From the NCBI GenBank assembly GCA_947459155.1, contig CANHCM010000003.1, forward strand, positions 1 through 37,575: DNA of 37,575 nucleotides, in the 5' to 3' direction. The notes beneath the pieces are model-generated. The model was not told where the DNA came from and ran no database searches. It worked only from the letters and a program-made list of their open reading frames with translations. This document shows, piece by piece, positions 10,014-18,648 of the stretch; position 1 is the first letter of the stretch; each line of letters begins with the position of its first letter. The position numbers and the translations under genes are program-made. The DNA is from Bacteroidota bacterium (GTDB lineage Bacteria > Bacteroidota > Bacteroidia > M30B66).

Positions 10014-10562
10014 TTGGATTTCAACCTGCTCGATTATCTCATTTTGGCCTGGCTGATTTGGGGCTTTATTGCCGGCTTTCGTCGTGGTTTAGTCATGGAG
10101 CTGGCTCTTTTGGCCGGCGTTTTTTTAGGTATTTGGATGGCCATGCGTGGTTCAGGCTGGCTTGCCCAATGGCTTGAAAAAGAGCAAGACCTTAGTGGTC
10201 CGTGGATTTCACATCTGGCGTTTGTGCTGGTTTTTGCCGGGGTTTATGTGCTGGCCTGGATGGCCGGAAAATCGCTCTCCTTAGCCCTCAATCTGATGAT
10301 GCTGGGCTTGTTCAACAAGCTGGCCGGCGGTGTTTTTGGGCTGGGCAAAGCCCTGATGTTATGTGCCGTTCTTCTGGGTGTTTTTCGCTCCTTTCAGCTT
10401 TCCGCGCTCAGCAAAAATCAGGAACAGGGTTCACAGCTTTATTCCTCACTCAGTGGCCTTGTTCCAGCACTGTACCCCGATCTGAAAAAACGCTGGGAAA
10501 GCTTTGACGATCAACCCTCAATAAAAGCCGACGATTCCGACCGCGCCGAAAGCAATCAGTAA
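10014..10562 (+). CDS. cvpA: CvpA family (colicin V production) membrane protein
   Basis: LDYLIL...GFRRGLVMEL and NKLAGGVFG motifs; four hydrophobic helices; TTG start. Confidence 0.9.
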   Translation: MDFNLLDYLILAWLIWGFIAGFRRGLVMELALLAGVFLGIWMAMRGSGWLAQWLEKEQDLSGPWISHLAFVLVFAGVYVLAWMAGKSLSLALNLMMLGLFNKLAGGVFGLGKALMLCAVLLGVFRSFQLSALSKNQEQGSQLYSSLSGLVPALYPDLKKRWESFDDQPSIKADDSDRAESNQ

Positions 10563-10681
10563 CGCGCTTTTTGGGGTAGAATGGTTCTTGTTGCCGGAAA
10601 TGAATTGAACACTCGTCCGCAATTGGGTGTTTTGATTAAACAGGTCTCTGGAAAAGCGAACCTTGACGACCCGAATTGAAT

Positions 10682-10689
10682 TAGTTTTG
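10682..10689 (+). promoter_or_regulatory. -7 promoter element for mrp
   Basis: TAGTTTTG, 16 nt before the ATG. Confidence 0.55.
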
Positions 10690-10705
10690 CCAAAATTCTG
10701 AACGA

Positions 10706-11785
10706 ATGATCACTCCCGATAAAGTAAAAGAAGCCCTCAGTAATGTAATTGAGCCCGATTTAGGGAAAGACCTCGTTACCCTAAACATGGTAAAAGACAT
10801 TGCAGTGGATGGCCGCAAAGTGTCGTTCACCGTTGTGTTAACAACCCCGGCCTGTCCGCTGAAAGAACTCATCCACAATGCCTGTGTAAATGCCGTTAAG
10901 CACTATGTGAGCCAGGAGGCCGAAGTGGAGATTACCATGACGGCTAATACTTCCTCCGGAAAAGCTGGAAAATCGGGTATTCCGGGAGTAAAGAATATCA
11001 TTGCAGTGGCATCGGGCAAGGGTGGCGTAGGTAAGTCGACCGTTGCCGCGAACCTGGCAGCCGCCTTAAGTCAGTTGGGGGCTCGCGTAGGCCTGGTTGA
11101 TGCCGACATTTATGGTCCTTCCATGCCAATCATGTTCGACGTTGAAGAAGAAAAGCCCGGTGTGCGCATGATTGATGGGAAACAGATGATGATTCCGGTT
11201 GAGAGCTACGGCGTTAAAATCATGTCGATTGGTTTCTTTGCCGAAACCTCTCAGGCCATCGTGTGGCGTGGGCCGATGGCTTCCAAGGCTTTAACACAGC
11301 TGTTTAATGATGCCCATTGGGGCGAACTCGACTATCTCATCGTCGATCTTCCGCCCGGAACCGGCGATATCCACTTGACTTTGGTGTCGGGCATTCCGCT
11401 TACCGGAGCCATTGTGGTAAGTACACCGCAGAAAATTGCACTCGCTGATGCCGAAAAAGGGGTGGCGATGTTCCGCTTGCCCAACATCAATGTTCCGGTA
11501 TTAGGCATTGTTGAAAACATGGCCTGGTTCACGCCTGAGGAGCTGCCGGAAAACAAATACTACATCTTCGGAAAAGACGGCGCCAAAGAGCTGGCCGCTC
11601 GATTGGGGGTTCCCGTTTTAGGCCAAATTCCACTCGTTCAAAGCATCCGCGAAGGCGGAGATGTGGGTCACCCGGTAGGCCTTCAACAAAGTGGAGCCCT
11701 TTCGGATTTGTTTATTCGGCTTGCCGGTGCGGTTGCTCAGCAGGTGGCCATTCGAAACGCCCAGCCGCAAACCGCCGAAGTCTGA
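10706..11785 (+). CDS. mrp: Mrp/ApbC/NBP35 Fe-S cluster carrier ATPase
   Basis: N-terminal DUF59 domain (LTTPACP), deviant Walker A SGKGGVGKST, DADIYGPS, WRGPM, DLPPGTGD. Confidence 0.95.
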   Translation: MITPDKVKEALSNVIEPDLGKDLVTLNMVKDIAVDGRKVSFTVVLTTPACPLKELIHNACVNAVKHYVSQEAEVEITMTANTSSGKAGKSGIPGVKNIIAVASGKGGVGKSTVAANLAAALSQLGARVGLVDADIYGPSMPIMFDVEEEKPGVRMIDGKQMMIPVESYGVKIMSIGFFAETSQAIVWRGPMASKALTQLFNDAHWGELDYLIVDLPPGTGDIHLTLVSGIPLTGAIVVSTPQKIALADAEKGVAMFRLPNINVPVLGIVENMAWFTPEELPENKYYIFGKDGAKELAARLGVPVLGQIPLVQSIREGGDVGHPVGLQQSGALSDLFIRLAGAVAQQVAIRNAQPQTAEV

Positions 11786-11819
11786 ACATTTATATTTACT
11801 TTCACCACGGCAAGACACC

Positions 11820-12086
11820 ATGACAACGGAAGAAAAAGCACTGCTGATTGCGCGAGTTGAGCAAGCCATTGAAACCCTGCGCCCTTATTTGGAAGCAGAT
11901 GGAGGCAATATTACGGTTGATGACATTCAGGACGACCTCACCGCTGTTGTGAGGCTTCATGGAGCCTGTAGCAGTTGCAATATGAGTGTGATGACACTCA
12001 AGGCCGGTGTGGCAGAAGCAATCCGCCATGCCGTTCCCGAAATCCGCGACGTGGTTGCCGTGAACATGCCCGTTTTTGAACCCTAA
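11820..12086 (+). CDS. NifU C-terminal (Nfu) domain protein
   Basis: LRPYLEADGGNI and LHGACSSC (CxxC); ATG 11820; follows mrp. Confidence 0.92.
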   Translation: MTTEEKALLIARVEQAIETLRPYLEADGGNITVDDIQDDLTAVVRLHGACSSCNMSVMTLKAGVAEAIRHAVPEIRDVVAVNMPVFEP

Positions 12087-12090
12087 GCCT

Positions 12091-13311
12091 ATGATAACAA
12101 ACCGATTCTCCGCACTGCTTTTTTTACTCCTTTTCAAGGGCTCGTTGATGGCCCAATTTAGCTGCGAAGGAGGCCGGTTTTGGGAAGAAATTTTTAGTGA
12201 AGTAACCTTAAGCTCCGACATTACCTATGGATCGGCAGTAAATGTTACCGGAGCAAATCAAAGTCTGCAGCTCGACATTTACGAGCCGGCCGGTGATACC
12301 GCAACGCGGCGACCACTGCTCATTCTGGCCCATGGAGGCTCTTTTGTTTTTGGGAACAAGACCGGTCCCGATGTGGTTCCGATTTGCGCCAAATATGCCA
12401 AAATGGGTTACGTGGTGGCTTCAATTAGCTACCGACTCGGTTATGAGAACTTTTTTCCCAATCCGGTAACGGCCGTACAAACCGTTTACCGCGCTTCGAG
12501 CGACATGAAGGCCGCCATACGTTACTTCAGGGCTCAGGTAGACGCCGGAAACAACACCTTCCGAATTGATCCGGATTACATTTTTTCGGGAGGCGTTTCG
12601 GCCGGAGCCTTCACCGCTTTGCACGCAGCCTATCTGAATGAGGCGTCAGAAATTCCGGCTGAAATTAATCCGGCTGAATATGGAGGCATCGAGGGAAATA
12701 GCGGAAACCCCGGATTTTCTTCTGCGGTAAGAGGCGTGGTGAATTTGTGTGGCGCCATTGGCGATACCAGCTGGATTGTTGCCGGAGATCCGCCCTGCGT
12801 TTCTGCCCACGGCACCGCCGATAATACCGTTCCTTACGGTACTGCTGTAATCAATGTGCTGGGACAAAACCTGCTCACCGTGGATGGCAGTGCATCGATT
12901 GTTGCCCGACTCGAAAATCTGGGTATCGACAACCCCTTTGCTTCGTGGCCGGGCGTTGGACACACGCCTTTTGTTACAGATGACATTTACCGCGATTCGG
13001 TGTATCAGATTGTAACGCCTTTTTTGGCCCGGCTGGTAGGGTGCGAAACCCCATCGGGAATTCAAAGCGCGCAAAGCCCTCCGGCTGTTTTCCCCAATCC
13101 GTTTGAAAGCAATGGGTTTACGGTGCGTAGCTCAGTGCATTGGACAAAAGGCCGGATTACCGACCTTTCTGGGAGAACAGTGATTTGCTTGGAGAACCCC
13201 AACCGTTCGAAATCCTTCCTCGTTGTAGAGTCTCTGAACTCCGGAGTGTATCTACTTCAGTTAGAGCAGGAAGATGGCCGAACGGCTTGGTGTAAAGTCA
13301 TCCGGCGTTAG
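12091..13311 (+). CDS. Secreted alpha/beta hydrolase (carboxylesterase-like) with T9SS type A CTD
   Basis: Signal peptide ending AQ; HGG oxyanion motif, GVSAG nucleophile, HGTAD, GH; CTD VFPNP...DLSGR...GVYLLQL...KVI. Confidence 0.88.
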   Translation: MITNRFSALLFLLLFKGSLMAQFSCEGGRFWEEIFSEVTLSSDITYGSAVNVTGANQSLQLDIYEPAGDTATRRPLLILAHGGSFVFGNKTGPDVVPICAKYAKMGYVVASISYRLGYENFFPNPVTAVQTVYRASSDMKAAIRYFRAQVDAGNNTFRIDPDYIFSGGVSAGAFTALHAAYLNEASEIPAEINPAEYGGIEGNSGNPGFSSAVRGVVNLCGAIGDTSWIVAGDPPCVSAHGTADNTVPYGTAVINVLGQNLLTVDGSASIVARLENLGIDNPFASWPGVGHTPFVTDDIYRDSVYQIVTPFLARLVGCETPSGIQSAQSPPAVFPNPFESNGFTVRSSVHWTKGRITDLSGRTVICLENPNRSKSFLVVESLNSGVYLLQLEQEDGRTAWCKVIRR

Positions 13312-13313
13312 CC

Positions 13314-14408
13314 TTACTTTTTAGCGCCTGCTTTACTTACCGGACTGTTCACAGAAACATCGGTGTAGTACTCAATGATGGTTCTCGACTTGATCAACTT
13401 TTCAGGTTCTGAAGCCTTAACCGTTAATACTTCGGTGGTGCGTCCAAAGTCATCGTAACGCCAGGTGGTGACTTCGATTTGAGTGCCTGCAGCATCGCGT
13501 TTAACCTCCTTAATAATTTCGCCAAAACTGTTGTAAACCCGCTCGGCGCTGCCTTTGTTTTCAAGCTTTTTTTCGGGGCATGCGCAAACCTTGAAATAGG
13601 TTGAGGTGATGGATGAATCGGTGTACAAAAGTTCTACCCGTTCTGTTTCCTGCTGATCTTCGTTGTAGCCGTGGCGGCGGATGATTCGGTAGTCGTTGTC
13701 GAGCTGGTATTTGAAATACACCCAGCTTAGCATTTTACGACGCTCCTTATTGTTGTAAACGGTGGTTTGAAGGATGGTTCCCTGATCGTCGAACTCGTTC
13801 ACAGTAAGCGGATATTGCCCGGGCACGCGCGCTCCGGTCGAATCCAAAGCATAGTGGCAGGTCTCAATCAAATCGCCGCGTGAGGAACGCTTGTCTTCAA
13901 AAAGCCGCTTTCCAAGCGATTTTTCACCGCGGAAATCTTCTTCCGAAACCGGATAAGCCTGATCATCATAGGTGTAAACCGTATATGTAAGAAGTGTGTC
14001 GCCTTTGGTGCGCATCTCTCGTTTTTCTGCTTGCCCCGAGGCACTGTACAGCATCACTTCCTTCAGGTTTTTACCAATGTATTTGGTTTCTCGTTTTTGC
14101 AGTTTGCCACTTGGATCAACCGTATATCGGATGTCGGCCGACTTGTTTCCATCTTCGGAAAACCGCCCTGAGCTTTTCGGATTGCCTTTATTGTCGAACA
14201 GGTCTTGCTGCATCAAGTACTCCCGGCCGGAGGTTTGTCCCACACCGAATTGATATCGGGTTTTCATCACCGGCGAAGGTTTGCGTTCCTGCTTTTTGAA
14301 CAACTTTCCGGCATCTTTTAAGATGCAGGCATCCTGAGCGATGCTAAATGTGCTCAAGGCCAGAGCCAGAGCGGAAAGTAAGACGCTTTTAGTGTGAAGA
14401 TGTTTCAT
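13314..14408 (-). CDS. Secreted hypothetical protein with YD/RHS-like repeats
   Basis: Signal peptide; recurring units FDNKGNP, YTYDDQAYP, EFDDQGTI, YNSFGEII, RYDDFGRT. Confidence 0.7.
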   Translation of the reverse strand: MKHLHTKSVLLSALALALSTFSIAQDACILKDAGKLFKKQERKPSPVMKTRYQFGVGQTSGREYLMQQDLFDNKGNPKSSGRFSEDGNKSADIRYTVDPSGKLQKRETKYIGKNLKEVMLYSASGQAEKREMRTKGDTLLTYTVYTYDDQAYPVSEEDFRGEKSLGKRLFEDKRSSRGDLIETCHYALDSTGARVPGQYPLTVNEFDDQGTILQTTVYNNKERRKMLSWVYFKYQLDNDYRIIRRHGYNEDQQETERVELLYTDSSITSTYFKVCACPEKKLENKGSAERVYNSFGEIIKEVKRDAAGTQIEVTTWRYDDFGRTTEVLTVKASEPEKLIKSRTIIEYYTDVSVNSPVSKAGAKK

Positions 14409-14438
14409 GGTTCAGCGCTTTTTAGTCGAGTAAAAGTA

Positions 14439-14483
14439 ATTCCCACAAGTGTGAAAAACAAGCAATTAACAAAGTTATTAACA
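14439..14483. promoter_or_regulatory. Cluster of four DnaA-box-like 9-mers
   Basis: ATTCCCACA (14439), TTTTTCACA on the minus strand (14450-14458, perfect TTWTNCACA), CAATTAACA (14463), TTATTAACA (14475). Confidence 0.45.
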
Positions 14484-14536
14484 AACCATACGAATAAACC
14501 TTGATTGAGGTTTTGTTTCGGTGTTGTGTTGCGATG

Positions 14537-14544
14537 TAATTTTG
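14537..14544 (+). promoter_or_regulatory. -7 promoter element for the 14558 gene
   Basis: TAATTTTG, 13 nt before the ATG. Confidence 0.55.
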
Positions 14545-14557
14545 AATCTCAGTTCGG

Positions 14558-14959
14558 ATGAAAAAAGATATTGAATACCCCACAGTAACTGATGTTGCCA
14601 TTGCCGTGGTAAAGGAAGAAGTGGATGGGGAAGAAGGCTGGGCAGTGTATCTGCTCAATCTAAAGGAAATCGAGATTACCGGTGTATTGGTAAGCTCAAA
14701 GGGTTATGGAAAGGTAGATGGTGAAGACGTCAAAACTTCGGTGCTTCGTCATTTCATCGACACCGTTCCGGCCAAAAGTGCTGCTCGGGTGGAGCCGATT
14801 ATGGAGAACGTTTTCCACCTGAACAACGAATACTGGGTGAGCTTTTATGTTGGGGAGTTGATTCACGACAAGAAGTTCATCTTCTTACCCGGAACCATTG
14901 ATGAAGCCTTTTTTTCGACAGTTCCGGTGCTTCAAAAACGCGGTGTCTTAATCGCCTGA
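14558..14959 (+). CDS. Conserved Bacteroidota hypothetical protein
   Basis: MKKDI...WAVYLLN...SKGYG...KTSVLRH...LNNEYWVSF...DKKFIF pattern, recalled as a widespread uncharacterised family. Confidence 0.8.
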   Translation: MKKDIEYPTVTDVAIAVVKEEVDGEEGWAVYLLNLKEIEITGVLVSSKGYGKVDGEDVKTSVLRHFIDTVPAKSAARVEPIMENVFHLNNEYWVSFYVGELIHDKKFIFLPGTIDEAFFSTVPVLQKRGVLIA

Positions 14960-15002
14960 GCTGAGTTCCGATGTTGTTCCGGTAATCTAAACAAACCGGA
15001 AT

Positions 15003-15692
15003 ATGATACACCACATTGCAAAAGAGTCGGTTATTTTTATCGACATTGAAACAGTACCTGCAGCCCCGGAGTTTGCCCAACTCCGTCCGCTCTGGCAATC
15101 GCTGTGGGCCGTCAAGCACCATAGCCTTGGTCGCACCGATTCTCCTGAAGAATCTTATGAAAGAGCCGGCATTTATGCAGAATTTGGAAAGATTATCTGC
15201 ATCTCTCTCGGCTACTACACCCGAAAGGGAAACACCCGTAGGCTCATCTCATTTTATGGTCACGAAGAGCAGGAGTTGCTGAATGGCTTTTTGCGTTGGT
15301 TAAAGAAAAACTACACCGGACATCATCGTTTTTGTGCCCACAACGGGAAGGAATTCGACTACCCCTGGCTTTGTCGACGGATGCTCATTTTAGGTGTCGA
15401 GCTTCCGGAATGTCTTCAACTGATGGGCAAGAAACCTTGGGAAATCAATCATCTCGACACTTTGGAGCTTTGGAAATTTGGCGATTTCAAGCATTATACT
15501 CCTCTGCGGTTGCTTGCAGCTGTATTCGGCGCCGACGATCCCAAGCAAGGCATGGATGGCAGTGCGGTTTACTCGAAATACTGGCTCGAAAGCGATCTTG
15601 AAAGCATTCGTGAATACTGCGAAGCGGATGTTCTCACACTCATGTCGATTTTTGAAGCCATGCAGGGTAGAAACATCCCAAGCGAAACCTAA
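15003..15692 (+). CDS. Stand-alone PolB-like 3'-5' exonuclease (DEDD-y)
   Basis: ExoI FIDIETV, ExoII HNGKEFDYP, ExoIII YCEADV. Confidence 0.88.
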   Translation: MIHHIAKESVIFIDIETVPAAPEFAQLRPLWQSLWAVKHHSLGRTDSPEESYERAGIYAEFGKIICISLGYYTRKGNTRRLISFYGHEEQELLNGFLRWLKKNYTGHHRFCAHNGKEFDYPWLCRRMLILGVELPECLQLMGKKPWEINHLDTLELWKFGDFKHYTPLRLLAAVFGADDPKQGMDGSAVYSKYWLESDLESIREYCEADVLTLMSIFEAMQGRNIPSET

Positions 15693-15738
15693 CAAGGTTT
15701 GCCGCTTTCTCGTAAATTGCGAGCTTCGTAACAACACC

Positions 15739-16269
15739 ATGAACCGAAACGCCCAATTGATTCTTCCCGTTGTTTTACTGCTTTTGTGGTCGTGCAAAGG
15801 AAATCTGGAAAAGTACGGTGAAGATTTTGCCAATCTCATGCGCAGCAATCACGGCCTGTTCAGGGATTGTGAACTGGGCGACACTCCCGATAGAGTGAGG
15901 CAAAACGAAGGCACGGCACCCTCTTCATTTACCGACAATAGCCTCAGCTACGAGGGCCGATTGAACGAAAACGCCGATTATCTGATTCAGTACGGCTTCG
16001 AAAACGAAAGGCTCTACGAAATACTCGTAGAAGTGAGCTTTCAAAATCCGGCCGAGGGACAAGCGTTGCTCAATGGTTTCAAAGCCTTCTTCAACCAAAA
16101 GTATGGCGCATACACTCCCGGAAATGGCTTTCTGGTTTGGTCTACCATTTCAGGAAACACCCGCGCTCGCATCGAAATGGTCGATGAAAGTCAGCTTTCT
16201 GACTTTGGTCAATTCTCCTTGAGCTTTTACAAAGAAAATCCCGAGTCGGGCGAAACCCCAGCACTGTGA
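15739..16269 (+). CDS. Hypothetical lipoprotein
   Basis: ATG 15739 gives the MNRNAQLILPVVLLLLWSC lipoprotein signal; stop overlaps the next start (GTGA). Confidence 0.75.
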   Translation: MNRNAQLILPVVLLLLWSCKGNLEKYGEDFANLMRSNHGLFRDCELGDTPDRVRQNEGTAPSSFTDNSLSYEGRLNENADYLIQYGFENERLYEILVEVSFQNPAEGQALLNGFKAFFNQKYGAYTPGNGFLVWSTISGNTRARIEMVDESQLSDFGQFSLSFYKENPESGETPAL

Positions 16270-18011
16270 AAACTCCAGTTTTAGCGGTATCGGCACTGTC
16301 TGTTCACTTCAAGAATAAGCAGGGCAATGTTGTGCCGGCCGTGAATAAACTGTCGTTCACCTTGAATCGGGGCGAGATTCTGGGAATTGCCGGAGAATCG
16401 GGGTCGGGAAAAAGTGTTACAGCTCTGGCTCTGATGAATCTCTTGTCGCCCGAGCTGGCCATTGTACAAAGCGAAAAAATTAGCTTTTTCGATGCGAATA
16501 ACAAGGAGACCGCACTCAATCGCCTCAACCAAAAGCAATATGCCCGCTTTCGCGGCGAGCACCTCTCCATGATCTTTCAGGAACCAGGGTCTGCTTTAAA
16601 CCCTGTAATGCGCTGCGGAGAGCAGATAGCAGAAATGTTCCTCACCCACCGGAGACACACCCGGCACATGGCCAAAAACGAGGCCTTGAAACTGATTGCC
16701 GAGGTATTGCCCGACAATCCCGATAGGATTTACTCCTCTTATCCACATCAACTTTCGGGTGGACAAAAGCAACGGGTGATGATTGCCATGGCCATGGCCT
16801 GTAAACCAGAAGTGCTGATTGCCGACGAGCCCACCACGGCTTTGGATGTGAGTACTCAAAAGAACATCCTGATGCTGATGAAAAAACTGCGCGATCAGCA
16901 TGGAACCGCAATTCTGTTCATCTCACACGATTTAAATCTATTGTCTGGCTTCGCCGATAGCGCCCTCATTCTTCAAAATGGCGCGTTGGTAGAATCTGGC
17001 CCGGTTGATCATGTGTTTATGCATCCGTCGGCGTCGTACACCCGCGGATTAATCAATTGTCGTCCGCCTTTGGAAAAAAGACTGTTTCGACTGCCAACCC
17101 TACAGGATTATCTTTCTGAAGAAGCGGTCGAAAGTCGCTTTAACCCGAATCACCCATCGAATATTATTGACCCGGCCGAGCGCGTGGCAAATCACGCCAA
17201 GCTTTACAGCCAAGAGGCTTTACTCGAGGTGAAGAATATCCATATTGGCTACACACAACGAAAAACGATATTCTCCAGAAGCGTCGAAGAAATTCGCGCG
17301 GTTAACAACGTTTCTCTCAAGGTTTTTCCCGGCGAAACGCTTGGTTTGGTGGGCGAGTCGGGCTCTGGGAAAAGCAGCCTCGGCAGGGCCATCCTTAAAT
17401 TGGAAGAGCCGCTCAGTGGAGAGCTTTGGTTTGATGGCCAAAACATCACTAAACTAAGTCAGGCGCAATTCAGGCCACTCAGAAAACGGATGCAAATGGT
17501 TTTTCAGGATCCTTATCAGTCGCTGAATCCTTCGCTTACCGTGGAAGAAATGTTGGCAGAACCACTGTTGGTGCATCGTTTATGTCCCGATAAAGAGAGT
17601 CTCAAAAGGCGCGTACAGGAGTTGCTTGATCGGGTGCATTTGCCCCGGAATTTCAAACGTCGCTTTCCTTCTGAGATGTCGGGAGGGCAACGTCAGCGAC
17701 TTTGCATTGCCCGAGCGCTTTCGGTACAGCCCGATTTTTTAGTCTGCGACGAGGCCGTTAGCGCACTCGACGTATCTGTCCAAGCCCAGATTATCAATCT
17801 AATCAACGAGTTGAAGCGGGAAATGGGCTTCACCTGCCTGTTCATCTCCCACGACATTGGCGTTGTGCGCTTTGTTTCAGACCGTATTGTGGTTTTGCAA
17901 AAAGGGGAGGTTGTAGAAGAAGGCGAAGCCGACAAGATTTGCCAAACACCCGAGCACCCTTATACACGCAGCCTGTTGGATGCTATACCCCAAGGAAATT
18001 TCTCATTATGA
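16266..18011 (+). CDS. Dual-domain peptide-type ABC transporter ATP-binding protein
   Basis: Two GESGSGKS Walker A motifs, LSGGQ/MSGGQ signatures, ADEPT/CDEAV Walker B motifs, HPYTRSLL tail. Confidence 0.93.
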   Translation: MKTPVLAVSALSVHFKNKQGNVVPAVNKLSFTLNRGEILGIAGESGSGKSVTALALMNLLSPELAIVQSEKISFFDANNKETALNRLNQKQYARFRGEHLSMIFQEPGSALNPVMRCGEQIAEMFLTHRRHTRHMAKNEALKLIAEVLPDNPDRIYSSYPHQLSGGQKQRVMIAMAMACKPEVLIADEPTTALDVSTQKNILMLMKKLRDQHGTAILFISHDLNLLSGFADSALILQNGALVESGPVDHVFMHPSASYTRGLINCRPPLEKRLFRLPTLQDYLSEEAVESRFNPNHPSNIIDPAERVANHAKLYSQEALLEVKNIHIGYTQRKTIFSRSVEEIRAVNNVSLKVFPGETLGLVGESGSGKSSLGRAILKLEEPLSGELWFDGQNITKLSQAQFRPLRKRMQMVFQDPYQSLNPSLTVEEMLAEPLLVHRLCPDKESLKRRVQELLDRVHLPRNFKRRFPSEMSGGQRQRLCIARALSVQPDFLVCDEAVSALDVSVQAQIINLINELKREMGFTCLFISHDIGVVRFVSDRIVVLQKGEVVEEGEADKICQTPEHPYTRSLLDAIPQGNFSL

Positions 18012-18610
18012 TCATCCGTTCTGCCAGTTTTGTCATCAGCAACAGCTCCGTGAAAGGTTGCCCCGCTCCCAAGCTCCCGGAGTACGCATTTATCGGTCGG
18101 TCGAATGTGGGAAAAAGCTCACTGATCAATATGCTCACGAGGCAGAAAGGCCTGGCCAAAACATCAGGACGGCCGGGAAAGACACAATTGATCAATCACT
18201 TTCTAATCAACAACGCCTGGTATCTTGTCGACCTTCCAGGTTATGGATATGCCCGCACCAGTAAGGCTTTGCGAAGCGGTTTTGCCCAAATCATCTTCGA
18301 TTACATTGCCGGTCGCAGCAACCTCATGTGTTTGTTTGTTTTGATTGATGTACGGCTCGAGATGCAAGAAATCGATCGCAAGTTTTTTCATTGGCTCGGC
18401 GAAAATGGAGTGCCGTTCCACATCGTATTTACGAAGGCCGACAAACTGGGAACCACCGCCCTGCAGTCGAATTTGGCTGCTTATAAGCGCGAAATGTTAA
18501 AAGAATGGGCCGAAATGCCCCCTCATTTTGTGAGCTCAGCAGAGTCGGGCCTGGGTCGCGATGAATTGTTACAGTTTATCGATCAGACGAACCCTTTGTT
18601 CAAAGGCTAA
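18008..18610 (+). CDS. engB: Ribosome biogenesis GTPase EngB/YihA/YsxC
   Basis: GRSNVGKSS, PGKT, DLPGYG, TKAD; ATG 18008 overlaps the ABC stop. Confidence 0.96.
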   Translation: MIIRSASFVISNSSVKGCPAPKLPEYAFIGRSNVGKSSLINMLTRQKGLAKTSGRPGKTQLINHFLINNAWYLVDLPGYGYARTSKALRSGFAQIIFDYIAGRSNLMCLFVLIDVRLEMQEIDRKFFHWLGENGVPFHIVFTKADKLGTTALQSNLAAYKREMLKEWAEMPPHFVSSAESGLGRDELLQFIDQTNPLFKG

Positions 18611-18648
18611 GCCCTGCATTTTTGGCCCCTTCGCCAGAAGAGTGATTT

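Noticed and set aside
15003-15692. Exonuclease as a phage or defence gene
   Set aside because: Housekeeping context with no defence or mobile genes nearby.
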